IMG/VR virus record: IMGVR_UViG_3300025121_000046
DNA length: 20,000 bases
Reading direction: 5' to 3' (one strand)
From: an uncultured virus (IMG/VR IMGVR_UViG_3300025121_000046)
Taxonomy: Duplodnaviria; Heunggongvirae; Uroviricota; Caudoviricetes; Crassvirales
Shown here in pieces: positions 1-10,186 of the stretch. Every line of letters begins with the position of its first letter. Positions within the stretch are counted from its first letter, which is position 1. Below the pieces are notes generated by a model. It did no database searches. It was not told the origin of the DNA and was given only the letters and a program-made list of their open reading frames with translations. A program made the position numbers and the translations under genes.

Positions 1-359
1 CATTCAAATCCCTCTGATGCTAAAACAAGAGGATATGTTGACCTGGTACATGTAGCAAATGCCTTTATCGCGAACATAAAGTTTGCAGGTAATGTATATT
101 GTCTTGCTCCATGACTGTCATTAGAGACATATGTAAGAGCAAGGTTTGTTACAATGGTTCGGAGATCAGCAACCCGCCTCTGGTTATCTTCAAAGGCAGG
201 TGGCTGAAAATTTTGTCCGAACATACGATCTTTGATAAAATCATCCTGAGCATTATTAAGGAATACCAATATCTCTGCGGTCTGGTATCCCGGAGCCGAG
301 AAACTGGTTATCCTGTCATAATACAACAGGAAGGATTCTATCATCTGATCGACAGTCAT
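1..359 (-). CDS. crAss-like conserved virion (ring/neck-type, 'gene 74'-like) protein; 5' part only, runs off the window
   Basis: Not in the ORF track. Manual translation from ATG 359-357 (TAATG overlap with the upstream stop): MTVDQMIESFLLYYDRITSFSAPGYQTAEILVFLNNAQDDFIKDRMFGQNFQPPAFEDNQRRVADLRTIV..., open to the window edge. The EI..FLN.AQ...FE..Q.R..DL pattern and the position two genes after MCP fit crAss-like structural genes. Confidence 0.75.
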   Translation of the reverse strand, partial: MTVDQMIESFLLYYDRITSFSAPGYQTAEILVFLNNAQDDFIKDRMFGQNFQPPAFEDNQRRVADLRTIVTNLALTYVSNDSHGARQYTLPANFMFAIKAFATCTRSTYPLVLASEGFE

Positions 360-1321
360 TATTCAACGTTTTCAATTTGATGTTTTAACTTCATACGTAC
401 ATCCTGGTTCTTGGGATCATCAAGAAAGTCGATAAGATCTTCAATTGTTCCTATCGGATGATCAGACCCGGGAAGAGAATACAGATGCCTGTTACGCTGC
501 AGGGAGCCATTAGCTATTGACTTTTGGATCAACAGTTTTAAAGTATAGAAGTCATCATTGAGAATCGAAAGATAGGTCTTAAGATCATCTTCAATAATTT
601 GTCCTATAGCTTTTCTTAACTGGTCAAGTGTAGCATTACGCGGTGGCTGCTTGGCATCTTTTTTAGTAAGATAGTAAACATACAGGAAGTCCTTCATCTT
701 ATCAAGGCTCGAATCCATCTTGCCAAAGAGAATATATGCATTCTTCTTCTCTTCCAGGTTGCTGACATCGTCCAAAAGCTCTTCTCCTTCTTCCACAAGC
801 GCGAACTTGTACGTCCCACGATCAAATCTCGAACTCCAGTTTGGAGCAATGCGATCTGTATCGGAACGGAGAACAAGAAAATTGATAAGATCTTCAATCC
901 TGTCAAGATGAAGATGCAGTCCATTACGATCAAGAGTAACTGTCTTTCCTCTCCAGAAACATTTTGGAGTATAAAGATTGAGTTTCTTTATATCTTCAAG
1001 ACCAAGTTCTTCAGCAAGAAGAACAACATCCTCTTTAGTAAACTCCGGCATAGGATTGGCAAGTATGTTCCCTTTTAACACTGGTACTACAATACCTATC
1101 TTTGCTCCATCATTCATGAAAGAAGAATCATGGTCGCTTGTCACCCATTGTCCTTTACGGCGAATAGGTCTTACGACATATCTCTTCTCTCGCAGATTCC
1201 TGACCTTTATTGAATAAGGTCTTTCCATTTCAAGTACTTCATTTAGTACATCAGGCTCAGGAGCCAGCGTAGATTTTACGCCGGCTTTTCCTTTACCTGT
1301 ATTGCCTCTTTTTGTTTCCAT
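359..1321 (-). CDS. Conserved crAss-like protein downstream of MCP ('gene 75'-like), function uncertain
   Basis: 320-aa ORF directly after MCP, with AGGAG 9 nt upstream of ATG; synteny matches the crAss head module. Confidence 0.7.
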   Translation of the reverse strand: METKRGNTGKGKAGVKSTLAPEPDVLNEVLEMERPYSIKVRNLREKRYVVRPIRRKGQWVTSDHDSSFMNDGAKIGIVVPVLKGNILANPMPEFTKEDVVLLAEELGLEDIKKLNLYTPKCFWRGKTVTLDRNGLHLHLDRIEDLINFLVLRSDTDRIAPNWSSRFDRGTYKFALVEEGEELLDDVSNLEEKKNAYILFGKMDSSLDKMKDFLYVYYLTKKDAKQPPRNATLDQLRKAIGQIIEDDLKTYLSILNDDFYTLKLLIQKSIANGSLQRNRHLYSLPGSDHPIGTIEDLIDFLDDPKNQDVRMKLKHQIENVE

Positions 1322-1354
1322 GCTTTTAGTCTCCTAACTAATTTATAGATTCAG

Positions 1355-2839
1355 TTAATTCAATACGCTTGGTTTAATGGTAGCGCACCTGGTAGGATCG
1401 TTAACCAGACAACCGCCAACGAATGCACGGTGGAATGTGTAGCCATCTTCAGGAGAAGACATGAATCTCCGTGGTCCCTGTGCCTGGAACGGATCTCTCA
1501 AACCGGGTTGATAACCCATGAAATCTTCCATTCCTTCATTATATACAGGACGGATATTATCCTCTCCACCGGTACGTCCAACATTAAGGATCTGGTATAC
1601 ATAACTCTGTGCAACACCTTTTCCGGATGGATGCATGATCTTATTACGTTCCCTGTCATCAAATGTTGAATCAACCATGACACCAAGTTGTGTTCCATCA
1701 GGACCCCAGTATTCTACATAGTTCTCATGATATCCCCAGCCATTACCGGATTTATATTTCTCATCTCCGGAATAGAAAGGTGTATAGAGAGTAGTATAGT
1801 TCTTGATTGCCTTATGGAAGTTATATGCTCCCCACTTACCGGTACGCATGATCACTTTTCTTGTCTGACCATAACCACCTTTAGTATCATCGGTAAGATC
1901 CATGATAGCTTCGGTAAGCCATTCGATATCAACATCAAAATCATTGTAATAAAGAACATTCGATGCTTCAATCTGCTGTTCGAGGCCGGCACCCTGTTCG
2001 ATCTTGAACCCGCTGTAACCAATTTGCTTGAAAGTACCATCGTCTGCACGGTTGGTAGTTGCAAAGTTGATCAGCTTATCCTTCATATCCTGGAACTGTG
2101 TTTCAAATTCCCAGTCTGCATACTGAGTCCATGTAGTCATGATTTTCTCTTTGCCATTCGAATCCATTGCCTTCCATGAGAAAGCTACCGGCCTTGAGAT
2201 CATATTACCTGGTCTGGTGTCCTGCATCCTGATCATCGAGAAGGTGTTCTTCATCGAGAAAGGACTGGTATAGTTCGGGGTTCCACCTTTTATTGATAGT
2301 GTCTTTTCAACAATGGACCATTCTTTTGAAAACCTTTTTCCGGCTACGAGTTCATCGTAAGGAATATAGAGATCAGTGTCTCCTGTGAAAAGTTCGCATT
2401 CATAATCCCACATGGTCCCGTTTGGAACCGGTATAGCTACAATCCTGATCGGGTATACAGAATTCTTTTCACCAACTATCAGGTTAGTGTCTGAGAAATA
2501 CTGTTCCGGGAATGTAAGAGTAAACCTTGCACTGCTACGGCCAACCTGTGAGGTTGCAGAAATAGCACTGCCATTTACTGTACAAGCAATCAAAGGCACG
2601 TTCTTTTTTGAAGAACCCTGTAGCCTCCAACGAAAATCGTCATCTGTCTTTAAGGTCAGAGGACTGAATTTCTGAAGAACAAGACCGAAGTTTGTTCCCC
2701 TGTTGGCGCGATACAGCATGTTGATCATCTGGCTCGTGTCCTGTGGTTTGTTTTGATAGATCGCACCCAAGTGGTTTTTGGTTGTTAAACCAGACCAGTC
2801 TTTGGGTTCATACTCCTGAAGTGGTGATACTCGTTGCAT
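1355..2839 (-). CDS. Major capsid protein (crAss-like)
   Basis: 494 aa; N-terminal W.GLT..NHLG motif typical of crAss MCPs, GAGLEQQI and C-terminal NDPTR; position after portal and the acidic protein. Confidence 0.9.
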   Translation of the reverse strand: MQRVSPLQEYEPKDWSGLTTKNHLGAIYQNKPQDTSQMINMLYRANRGTNFGLVLQKFSPLTLKTDDDFRWRLQGSSKKNVPLIACTVNGSAISATSQVGRSSARFTLTFPEQYFSDTNLIVGEKNSVYPIRIVAIPVPNGTMWDYECELFTGDTDLYIPYDELVAGKRFSKEWSIVEKTLSIKGGTPNYTSPFSMKNTFSMIRMQDTRPGNMISRPVAFSWKAMDSNGKEKIMTTWTQYADWEFETQFQDMKDKLINFATTNRADDGTFKQIGYSGFKIEQGAGLEQQIEASNVLYYNDFDVDIEWLTEAIMDLTDDTKGGYGQTRKVIMRTGKWGAYNFHKAIKNYTTLYTPFYSGDEKYKSGNGWGYHENYVEYWGPDGTQLGVMVDSTFDDRERNKIMHPSGKGVAQSYVYQILNVGRTGGEDNIRPVYNEGMEDFMGYQPGLRDPFQAQGPRRFMSSPEDGYTFHRAFVGGCLVNDPTRCATIKPSVLN

Positions 2840-2864
2840 TTTTATTTAATTTAGAACGATTAAG

Positions 2865-4166
2865 TTACATGTTAATAAACTGTTGTGGAAATTGAAAGTC
2901 ATCCTTTTCCTCTTTTTCTCCTTTACCCTTATTTACTTCAGAGCCTGGCTTCCCTACAGTTCTTCTCTCTCCATTGAGGATACTTCCAAGACGTTTTGTA
3001 GCTGAAGTCTCAACTTTTTTAGTAAAGACATCGAATGCCCCGTCTTTAATCTTGTCATCAAAGAATCCATTTTTGATAAAGTAAGCCAGGCGCAGTTCAA
3101 AAGCAAGAGGGTTCTTTGCTCTTTGGGCCATTGCAGCACTCATGGGGATCTTCTCTCCTTGTTTATTAGTAAAATAAACAGGAACAGTAAGTGACTTGAT
3201 GAGTTCTTTCTTTTCTTCTTCTGTTACTTCAATTCCAGGGATGATCTCTTTGGTTGCTTTTACTGCAGACTGAACAGACTCTTTTGTCTTTCTGATGGAT
3301 TCATCTTTTGCAGTCTTTTGTCTTTCTGCCTGAATCCTCATCTCTTTTCTCTCTTCTTCGATGGTACTCTGGATCTCTCCAAGTCCTTCTGTAGCTTCCT
3401 CGAGAAGATCTTCCTTTTCTTTAGCTATAGCTACCATCTTGTTGATTTTTGCTTCAGAGAATCCCTTTAATGTCAAAAGGTCCTTGTAGACCTGTTCCTG
3501 AAGTTTCTCATCTTCTGCAAGGGATTTCTTTGTAATGGATCCGTATCTTTCTTCAAGGCTATAATTATCAGCCAGTGATTCAAATGGAATTCCCTTTTCA
3601 AGATCGGCAATAAACTTAACAGCTTTATCACCTATTGTAGATTTGTATTCTTCTACACCTTCCTGAATAGACTCATCGATTTGTGTCTGTATGTGCTCAT
3701 TAAGTTTTATGATTGCCGCTACAGGTTCCAGACCATCAAGGCTTTTTAAATCAAAGTTTGGGAGTACGCCGTGTTCCAGAAGAGCCGCAGCATGGAGATA
3801 GACAGGAGATTCGTTCCCTTCATCTGGCGCACCCCCGCCCTTTTTGTCTTTCCCTGGTTTAACTGTGTCCTTCTTATTGTCATCATCATCAGGATTTTCA
3901 TTATCCTGTACGTCTACGATTAATGTATCGTCTTTAGCTTTCTTCCCGGGTTCGGATTTATCCTTCACGGGTTTTTGACCTTTACCTGGTGCTCCACCAC
4001 CTGGTTGCCCTTTTATCTTTTCATCGTCACCTGGTTCATCCCCGACACTTAATTCATCGTCAAGTTCATCTGTTACAGGTTGATCGACATCAAGAAGAGC
4101 ACTCTCAAAACCGGATATATCCATGTTCTGAAAGAGATCGTCATTGTCATTTTGCTGCTTTCCCAT
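2865..4166 (-). CDS. Acidic, coiled-coil-rich protein between portal and MCP (putative scaffold/'gene 77'-like)
   Basis: 433 aa; D/E/G/K/P-rich low-complexity N-terminus and helical E/K-rich centre; conserved position; AAGGAG 8 nt upstream of ATG. Confidence 0.7.
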   Translation of the reverse strand: MGKQQNDNDDLFQNMDISGFESALLDVDQPVTDELDDELSVGDEPGDDEKIKGQPGGGAPGKGQKPVKDKSEPGKKAKDDTLIVDVQDNENPDDDDNKKDTVKPGKDKKGGGAPDEGNESPVYLHAAALLEHGVLPNFDLKSLDGLEPVAAIIKLNEHIQTQIDESIQEGVEEYKSTIGDKAVKFIADLEKGIPFESLADNYSLEERYGSITKKSLAEDEKLQEQVYKDLLTLKGFSEAKINKMVAIAKEKEDLLEEATEGLGEIQSTIEEERKEMRIQAERQKTAKDESIRKTKESVQSAVKATKEIIPGIEVTEEEKKELIKSLTVPVYFTNKQGEKIPMSAAMAQRAKNPLAFELRLAYFIKNGFFDDKIKDGAFDVFTKKVETSATKRLGSILNGERRTVGKPGSEVNKGKGEKEEKDDFQFPQQFINM

Positions 4167-4294
4167 TTAAAATTCTCCTTTAAATTAATACAAGTTTAGA
4201 AATTAGATTAATACCAGACAAGAGTATCACCATACACGAGTCTTTTTAAAAAAATACTTCTATAGATAAAAACTATAAAATTAAATTTTATAAA

Positions 4295-6748
4295 TTATTT
4301 TTTTATAGTTGCAGGTTTTGGTCTTGATCTCGCGATTTTCTCAGCACTCTGAACCTGCATTCGCACGATATTTCTTTGTTCTTTAAGTTTCTCATTGAAC
4401 TGTCGGATCTTCTCTTTCATCTCTTCTTTACGCTGCGCGAGCTGCAGGCGAAGCTTTTCAAGTTCAAACTCGCGTTTTTCTGATTCATCATCCGTGATCT
4501 TACCGAGATCCTTATCTTCTCCAAGCTTAGCGTATTCAACTTCTATCTGCATCTCTTTCATGTAGATCTCAGCATCAAGCCGGTTATTCTCAATTCTTTC
4601 TGCCTGTTCAAGTTTCATGAGTTCAAGTTCATTCAATGCCTGTTGAATTCTTTCCTGGCTTTCAAGTTGTTCTTTACGTACATCATCTTCTCTTTGATTG
4701 CGTTGTTCTTCACTATCTTCAAGTTTACGGATCATACCAGCGACACTTGTATCACGATATATTGTAAATAGATCTTTAAATGTAGCCTTGTCATTCTGAA
4801 GAGCTGCAAGAGATAATTGTTTTATCGCTGCTATGAGTTCTGCATCATTCTGTCCATCGGATATATAATAGCCATAATCCGTTTCAGCAAACTTCCTTCC
4901 GTCAACTTCAAAGAGATGTGTTATCATACCATCATCAACATACTGAAGTTTTTTAATATTCTCTCCTGTTGCATTCTTCCATGCATACTTGGCTGTCTCA
5001 AGAAGACATTCAAGTACACGAAGTTTTGTATTATCGTGTACCCTAAACCATTCTTCAGTAATATGTGAGCTCTGGGTAACGGATCTTTCTACTCCTCCAT
5101 ATGTTTCCCTGTTATCAATCTGTCCTTCGCGTTGAGGAGTAATACCGGCTACTTCACCAAGTTCATTTTTTACATATTGTGCCAGTTTAAGATTAGCAAG
5201 AATAACTTCTGAACTATTGAGATTAAGAACATTGGAATTCCTTTGTTTTATCGTAGACAACAATTTACCCTGGGCAATACCTTTTTTACCTTCCTTGAAC
5301 GAATCAGTGACCATGTATCCATTGGCCTCTGCATACATCATTACAAGTTCCTCATCCCATCCATCAGGAATCTCTGCCAGGTCCAGTTCTGCAATAACTC
5401 CTTTATTACGTGCCGATGCAAGTTCCGTCCTGCGCATGTATACATTATAAAGGTATTTATATGGTTTAACACGGTCCATAAGCGATACACCTGTGCCTCC
5501 ACCTATCGAATATATTGTTCCTATATATGGCGGAAGACATATTGACGGATTGGAAAACTTACTTCCTATCCTGGGAAGAGACTCAATACGCTTATACATA
5601 TCAACTCCTATCTTATGCCCCTGCCACCATTCATTTATCCATCTCCAATCGATCTTCCAGCCAAGATTCTTAAACTGATCGATAGGGAAGTTCTCATCAA
5701 CGATAGTCTCCTGTTCATCTCCTTTAGGATCATAATATGTCAATCTCCCTATCTTACGTCTGCTCTTCCATACAATCTTCGCAACGAAGATATTTCCTTC
5801 TGAATCAAACTGTCCACCAAAGTTACGGGCATCAGGACCATCAACAGTAATAAGTTGTGTGGCACCAAGACCACGAACATTAGGTTCATCTCTGTCAACG
5901 GGTCCACTGAATACTATGTTTGATGCAAATCTATTTTCCCGGGCTCCTATTTCCAAGGTGTCAATCTCATCAGAAGTAAGGACATCCCAATAATCATCAA
6001 TAACCTTCCCGATAGGAACATAACCGCTGTCAATGATTATCTCTGAATCCTCTATCTTATAACTATCTCCTCCTCCAAATGTTGATATATTAAGTACATT
6101 CCGTTTACTGACAACCGGTTCTCCATGCAGTATTGGCACCTCATATATTTCCTCGGCACCAACAAGAACATCATAAAAAGCATCTGAGAATATGTTCTTA
6201 AGCTTTTGAGTGTACCAGAAATAATCAAGGATCCGTTGGCCCATCACTTCACCGTAATCCTGGTATTCATAATTATGATAATGTTGTAATTGTTTTAACC
6301 TTCGGGCAACCTGTTCCTCATTATATCCACCACTGGTTATCTCCTGGGAAATAAGACCAAAGACCTGTTCCCTCATCATGAACTCTTTCTCACTGACAAC
6401 ATCCGGGTTAACACTTCGTAATCGCCATTCAAACCTGCGCTTCCCCTCTTCTCCTTTTAGTACATTGAACTTTGTCAGTTCGATAGGATAGTTCTGGATC
6501 TTTGCAGGAAAGTTAACTCCTTTTATTCCCATAGGATTAAATGCCTTCTCTATGTCACTCTCATCAATGATCCCATTTATAAGATCATAGTTGATCTGTT
6601 TTGCAACCCGGGATTTACGAATCTTACTTGTATCGCCATTGGTTATTGTCAGGCCAGCCTCAATACATTCCTTACCCCATTCTTCTGTTTTTTCACGAAG
6701 TAGTTTTTTCTGAGAAGGAAATTGGTAAATAGTCATTGTAGTTGCCAT
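4295..6748 (-). CDS. Portal protein (crAss-like)
   Basis: 817 aa directly after TerL; FP.QK N-terminus, NYDLING, GITPQREGQI..RETYGGVERSVTQSS motif, C-terminal coiled coil. Confidence 0.9.
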   Translation of the reverse strand: MATTMTIYQFPSQKKLLREKTEEWGKECIEAGLTITNGDTSKIRKSRVAKQINYDLINGIIDESDIEKAFNPMGIKGVNFPAKIQNYPIELTKFNVLKGEEGKRRFEWRLRSVNPDVVSEKEFMMREQVFGLISQEITSGGYNEEQVARRLKQLQHYHNYEYQDYGEVMGQRILDYFWYTQKLKNIFSDAFYDVLVGAEEIYEVPILHGEPVVSKRNVLNISTFGGGDSYKIEDSEIIIDSGYVPIGKVIDDYWDVLTSDEIDTLEIGARENRFASNIVFSGPVDRDEPNVRGLGATQLITVDGPDARNFGGQFDSEGNIFVAKIVWKSRRKIGRLTYYDPKGDEQETIVDENFPIDQFKNLGWKIDWRWINEWWQGHKIGVDMYKRIESLPRIGSKFSNPSICLPPYIGTIYSIGGGTGVSLMDRVKPYKYLYNVYMRRTELASARNKGVIAELDLAEIPDGWDEELVMMYAEANGYMVTDSFKEGKKGIAQGKLLSTIKQRNSNVLNLNSSEVILANLKLAQYVKNELGEVAGITPQREGQIDNRETYGGVERSVTQSSHITEEWFRVHDNTKLRVLECLLETAKYAWKNATGENIKKLQYVDDGMITHLFEVDGRKFAETDYGYYISDGQNDAELIAAIKQLSLAALQNDKATFKDLFTIYRDTSVAGMIRKLEDSEEQRNQREDDVRKEQLESQERIQQALNELELMKLEQAERIENNRLDAEIYMKEMQIEVEYAKLGEDKDLGKITDDESEKREFELEKLRLQLAQRKEEMKEKIRQFNEKLKEQRNIVRMQVQSAEKIARSRPKPATIKK

Positions 6749-6759
6749 TGCAGTATGGT

Positions 6760-8886
6760 TTAATTTTTATTACGATTTTCTAACTGAAGTCTTTTATTGA
6801 TTGTTGAGAATGGATTCGATTCCTGTTTCAGTTTTTCCTGGAACATCTCCATCCTTTTAAAGAAAGGGCTTAAAGCATCTTGTGGTTTCTTATCCATGTC
6901 ATCAGGGTGAATATGCTGCATGTCCTCTTTAAGTATCATAAGCATCTGTAAAGCATCAACCCTATCAAAGTTACCCTTTGGATTCCAATATATTAACTCC
7001 TGTAATAAAGGAATTGAACGGATTCTATGGAGATTTAATATTTCACTACCAGGTTCTATAGATGTTGTCAGCCAGATAAGTATTTGTTCTCTTCCCCATT
7101 TCTGTATAGGAGCCGTTCCTGGCGTTCCTTTACCTCTGTTTAACAGAGACTTATCGAATATCTTATCAACGATTATCTTGGGAGTATCACATAGTAAATG
7201 TGCTGAGTGTCTGTTATTTAAATATGTAAATAAACCTTTCCAGTTATTTTCATAGTTACAAATAGCTCTGTAATAGATTAGTAACCTTCTTACTCCTTCA
7301 TAATATTCATTTGCAGTGGAGGGACGACCGGTATATTCTGCAACTATCCTCTCCGTAATCCGGTTCATTATGAATGTACTACCAAGAGAATCAGTAGTAC
7401 TCTTATCATGATCATAAGTATCATTACCGGCAATATATATACCCCATGGAATAACACCATCTATAATAACCGGTTGTTCGTATATTATTATTGCACCCTG
7501 CAGATTGCGTTTATCAAGTTCCGGGAACCTTCTTATAGGATGAAGATCGGCACTTGGTTTCCATTCTATCTTTTGTGTCTCTTCATTTATCTCAAGAAAA
7601 CCAACATATTCCTGTTCTTCATATTTTTCAGGATTAGAAGTAAGATGATTAAGATGATGTTTAAGATCATTGATAGGAAAGATAGTCCCACCAATACGCA
7701 TAACAGCTTCCTGGGGTGTACGTGGTTCTTCTGCAATGAATCTTATAATGGTTTCAGGGTTCTTTGTTGCTTTAATAATCTTATTCCTTGAATGATCAAC
7801 CATCTCCCTGGCAATATCTTTTAATGAATTTCCATCCTTATCCATTGCTCCTTCAAGATTCTGTTCAATAGAAACAAAATGACCACACTTACTATTCAAA
7901 GATCCTTCATCCCATATATTAGGAACCTGATGAATATTATATGCATCACCCTGGTAGAATAACTGTTCAAGTCCCATAAAATCAGAGTCTTCCGTACCCC
8001 CGGTCCCAAAACTTACGGCTAAACCATGAGTAAGACGACCCTGTTGCATGCTTTTTAACGAGATGTTCCATGCCTGAAGAAGATTAGGATTCTTACCCGA
8101 TTCCTCATAGATCAAAAGTTTACCACCCTTCCCCCTTACTTTTTGATAATCATTCTTCATTGAGATACCCATTATTTCACTCTTGAATCCTTTCTCAATC
8201 TTAAGACCTTTCTGATCTACTATATAAGATGATCTCTTATACATTGTAGTATCATGCTTCTGTCTTCTTTTTCCCCAGGGTGTATGTTGTTCGATATGAT
8301 CCATCATCTCCCATGCTTTTGAGAGAAGACCATCTTCAATAAGGAATGCTTTATCATCTGCAAATACAAAACTCTTGGATCCTGGAATAAGATAATAGTT
8401 CCTATCGCACATTGAACCAGCCTTGTAACTATATCCTCTACGTCTTGATTTAATTACAACGCCATGTTCACCATTTGCTTCTGCATCATCAAGATACCAG
8501 AAATACTGATAATCACCATCCCAGAAATCAGGAAGAGTAAAAACACGATCTGCTTTTGCCTGTTGGTAAAGTTTAGCGACTGCATCCTGATCCGTTTCAT
8601 CATCAGGAATATCAATTTCTATAGCTTTATAAATAGGACTGTAATTAAGGTAGAAATAAAAATAGCCGGGGATCTTATCCCGGCCTATATCATATCCATA
8701 TACTGATCGTCTTGCTTCTTCTTCCCAGAATTTATAATACCTGGATGACGGATGATCATTTACAGGATAGTTAGTATATCTTTCAAACTCGTTAAAATGT
8801 AAAGCGCTCTCGCGCCATACCTCAGTATTATAGTGTAATGTATTCTTAAAATAACCTGTTTCTATAATTGCCTTGTTGTCATCCAT
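6760..8886 (-). CDS. terL: Terminase large subunit
   Basis: 708 aa; Walker A-like VVIKSRRRGYSYK, Walker B LLIYEESG, motif FGTGG, RNase H-like nuclease motifs YIAGNDTYD and NFDRVDA; no intein seen. Confidence 0.93.
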   Translation of the reverse strand: MDDNKAIIETGYFKNTLHYNTEVWRESALHFNEFERYTNYPVNDHPSSRYYKFWEEEARRSVYGYDIGRDKIPGYFYFYLNYSPIYKAIEIDIPDDETDQDAVAKLYQQAKADRVFTLPDFWDGDYQYFWYLDDAEANGEHGVVIKSRRRGYSYKAGSMCDRNYYLIPGSKSFVFADDKAFLIEDGLLSKAWEMMDHIEQHTPWGKRRQKHDTTMYKRSSYIVDQKGLKIEKGFKSEIMGISMKNDYQKVRGKGGKLLIYEESGKNPNLLQAWNISLKSMQQGRLTHGLAVSFGTGGTEDSDFMGLEQLFYQGDAYNIHQVPNIWDEGSLNSKCGHFVSIEQNLEGAMDKDGNSLKDIAREMVDHSRNKIIKATKNPETIIRFIAEEPRTPQEAVMRIGGTIFPINDLKHHLNHLTSNPEKYEEQEYVGFLEINEETQKIEWKPSADLHPIRRFPELDKRNLQGAIIIYEQPVIIDGVIPWGIYIAGNDTYDHDKSTTDSLGSTFIMNRITERIVAEYTGRPSTANEYYEGVRRLLIYYRAICNYENNWKGLFTYLNNRHSAHLLCDTPKIIVDKIFDKSLLNRGKGTPGTAPIQKWGREQILIWLTTSIEPGSEILNLHRIRSIPLLQELIYWNPKGNFDRVDALQMLMILKEDMQHIHPDDMDKKPQDALSPFFKRMEMFQEKLKQESNPFSTINKRLQLENRNKN

Positions 8887-9419
8887 GTTGCTTTCTCAGT
8901 ATCTTCGAAAATACCAACTTTACCACCACCGCGTATTGACATCTGATCCTCTTCACCATAAATCTTTTTTTCCCATTTCTCAAGATCCTCAACAATAGAT
9001 CCTACATCTTTCAATGCTTTAGTGGCCAGGGCCGGGTTATATGATTTGGTATCATTGTCACTATTAAACTTTAAAGCTTCATTGAACTTGATTATTGAAT
9101 CAACAGTGTCACGTATACTGCGAAGATATCTCATTGATGATGTCTCCTGCAGTTTAATATATTTCTTTATTGCTTCTTCAATAATATCATCAGTTACATA
9201 TTCCGGATCTTCCATTACTTCCCGGGATATCATGGAACGTTTTTCAATACCATAAATATTATACTCACTTTTATAGTCTGCCACAAAATAAACATAGGCG
9301 AGTTGTTTGGTCGCTTTTTCTTTATTCTTTGAAATATCTCTATCCCATATCTTCCTGAACTCCGGGATCAACAGCATCCTGGGTTCTATCGTTACCTTGT
9401 TCTGATTGAGAATAAACAT
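8862..9419 (-). CDS. Conserved crAss-like protein preceding TerL; candidate terminase small subunit
   Basis: 185-aa helical protein overlapping the TerL start; the TerS role is inferred from position only. Confidence 0.55.
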   Translation of the reverse strand: MFILNQNKVTIEPRMLLIPEFRKIWDRDISKNKEKATKQLAYVYFVADYKSEYNIYGIEKRSMISREVMEDPEYVTDDIIEEAIKKYIKLQETSSMRYLRSIRDTVDSIIKFNEALKFNSDNDTKSYNPALATKALKDVGSIVEDLEKWEKKIYGEEDQMSIRGGGKVGIFEDTEKATWMTTRQL

Positions 9420-9663
9420 CTTCTATTGTTTTTTTACTTTTGTTTACAAAGAAATTACGCTTACCTTTTTTCACTTTGAAACATCCAAAATATTCTAATC
9501 GCACATAAGGGAAATAATTATTATAAGAATCAACTTTCTTCATCGTTTCCTTGACCATCTCAAATTCAACAGAGACAATCATCTTAACGGTATTTTTATG
9601 TATTCCGTGTTTCTTAGCTATTTCTTCGCATATGCGATCAATTCGTTTTGAGTGGATGTCCAT
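9340..9663 (-). CDS. IHF/HU-like DNA-binding protein
   Basis: ICEEIAKKHGIHKNTVKMIV helices followed by VRLEYFGCFKVK, matching the HU/IHF V.L.GFG.F strand motif; such genes occur near TerL in crAss-like phages. Confidence 0.75.
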   Translation of the reverse strand: MDIHSKRIDRICEEIAKKHGIHKNTVKMIVSVEFEMVKETMKKVDSYNNYFPYVRLEYFGCFKVKKGKRNFFVNKSKKTIEDVYSQSEQGNDRTQDAVDPGVQEDMG

Positions 9664-10051
9664 TTAACCTGAATGTAAAAGTTAAACTACGATCATCAGC
9701 TAATATTACAAATATCGGCTTAATATTCTTTCCTTCCAAAATGCCAAGATTTCTTAATTGAGAAATATATATATTAAGATGATGCTCCTTCATTTTAAGA
9801 TTATCACAGATCATCTCCTTTACTTCTCTTGAAAAAAGCTGAGCAGATCTATCCTTTTCAGGTATATTCTTATACTCATCATTAAAGTAAAGTAGTTGTG
9901 CAAGGACTCTCATAGGTTTATCGCTAAGAGTAGCCTTACGATTACCGGTAATATGCTTGAGCATGGAATCTATAGCCGGCTTCTTGAGGATCAGATACTC
10001 GAGAAAGAATTTTTCCCTGGTTGTTGTGATATTGATATTTTCTGCGAGCAT
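9638..10051 (-). CDS. Putative (winged) helix-turn-helix DNA-binding protein
   Basis: 137 aa; LSDKPMRVLAQLL...KEMICDNLKMKEHHLNIYISQLRNLGIL resembles an HTH. Confidence 0.55.
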   Translation of the reverse strand: MLAENINITTTREKFFLEYLILKKPAIDSMLKHITGNRKATLSDKPMRVLAQLLYFNDEYKNIPEKDRSAQLFSREVKEMICDNLKMKEHHLNIYISQLRNLGILEGKNIKPIFVILADDRSLTFTFRLNGHPLKTN

Positions 10052-10092
10052 GATTAAATTTTATAAAATCAAAATTTATAAATTTCAATTTA

Positions 10093-10130
10093 ATACACAA
10101 AAGCCAGGTGAGGAACATCCCCCCTGGCTT
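10093..10130 (-). terminator. Intrinsic terminator-like hairpin
   Basis: Minus strand AAGCCAGG-GG-GGA-TGT-TCC-TCA-CCTGGCTT-TTGTGT: perfect 8-bp outer stem, an inner GGA/TCC stem, then a short U-rich tail. Confidence 0.65.
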
Positions 10131-10186
10131 AAGTTTTTTAAGACGATGATTTAATAATTCTCCATACTGCAATCAAGTTACTTCGT

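Noticed and set aside
3820..4010. Repeated GGGAP and PGK peptides in the scaffold-like protein
   Set aside because: Low-complexity linker sequence, not a DNA repeat array.
4191..4226. Promoter-like TAAACTTG and TACTCTTG upstream of the scaffold-like gene
   Set aside because: Each deviates from TAnnTTTG and lacks a clean -33 TTTG; a promoter is plausible but unsupported.
9942..10172. 76-aa ORF across the promoter/hairpin gap
   Set aside because: Non-ATG start, crosses the hairpin and overlaps the 137-aa gene; the region is better explained as non-coding.
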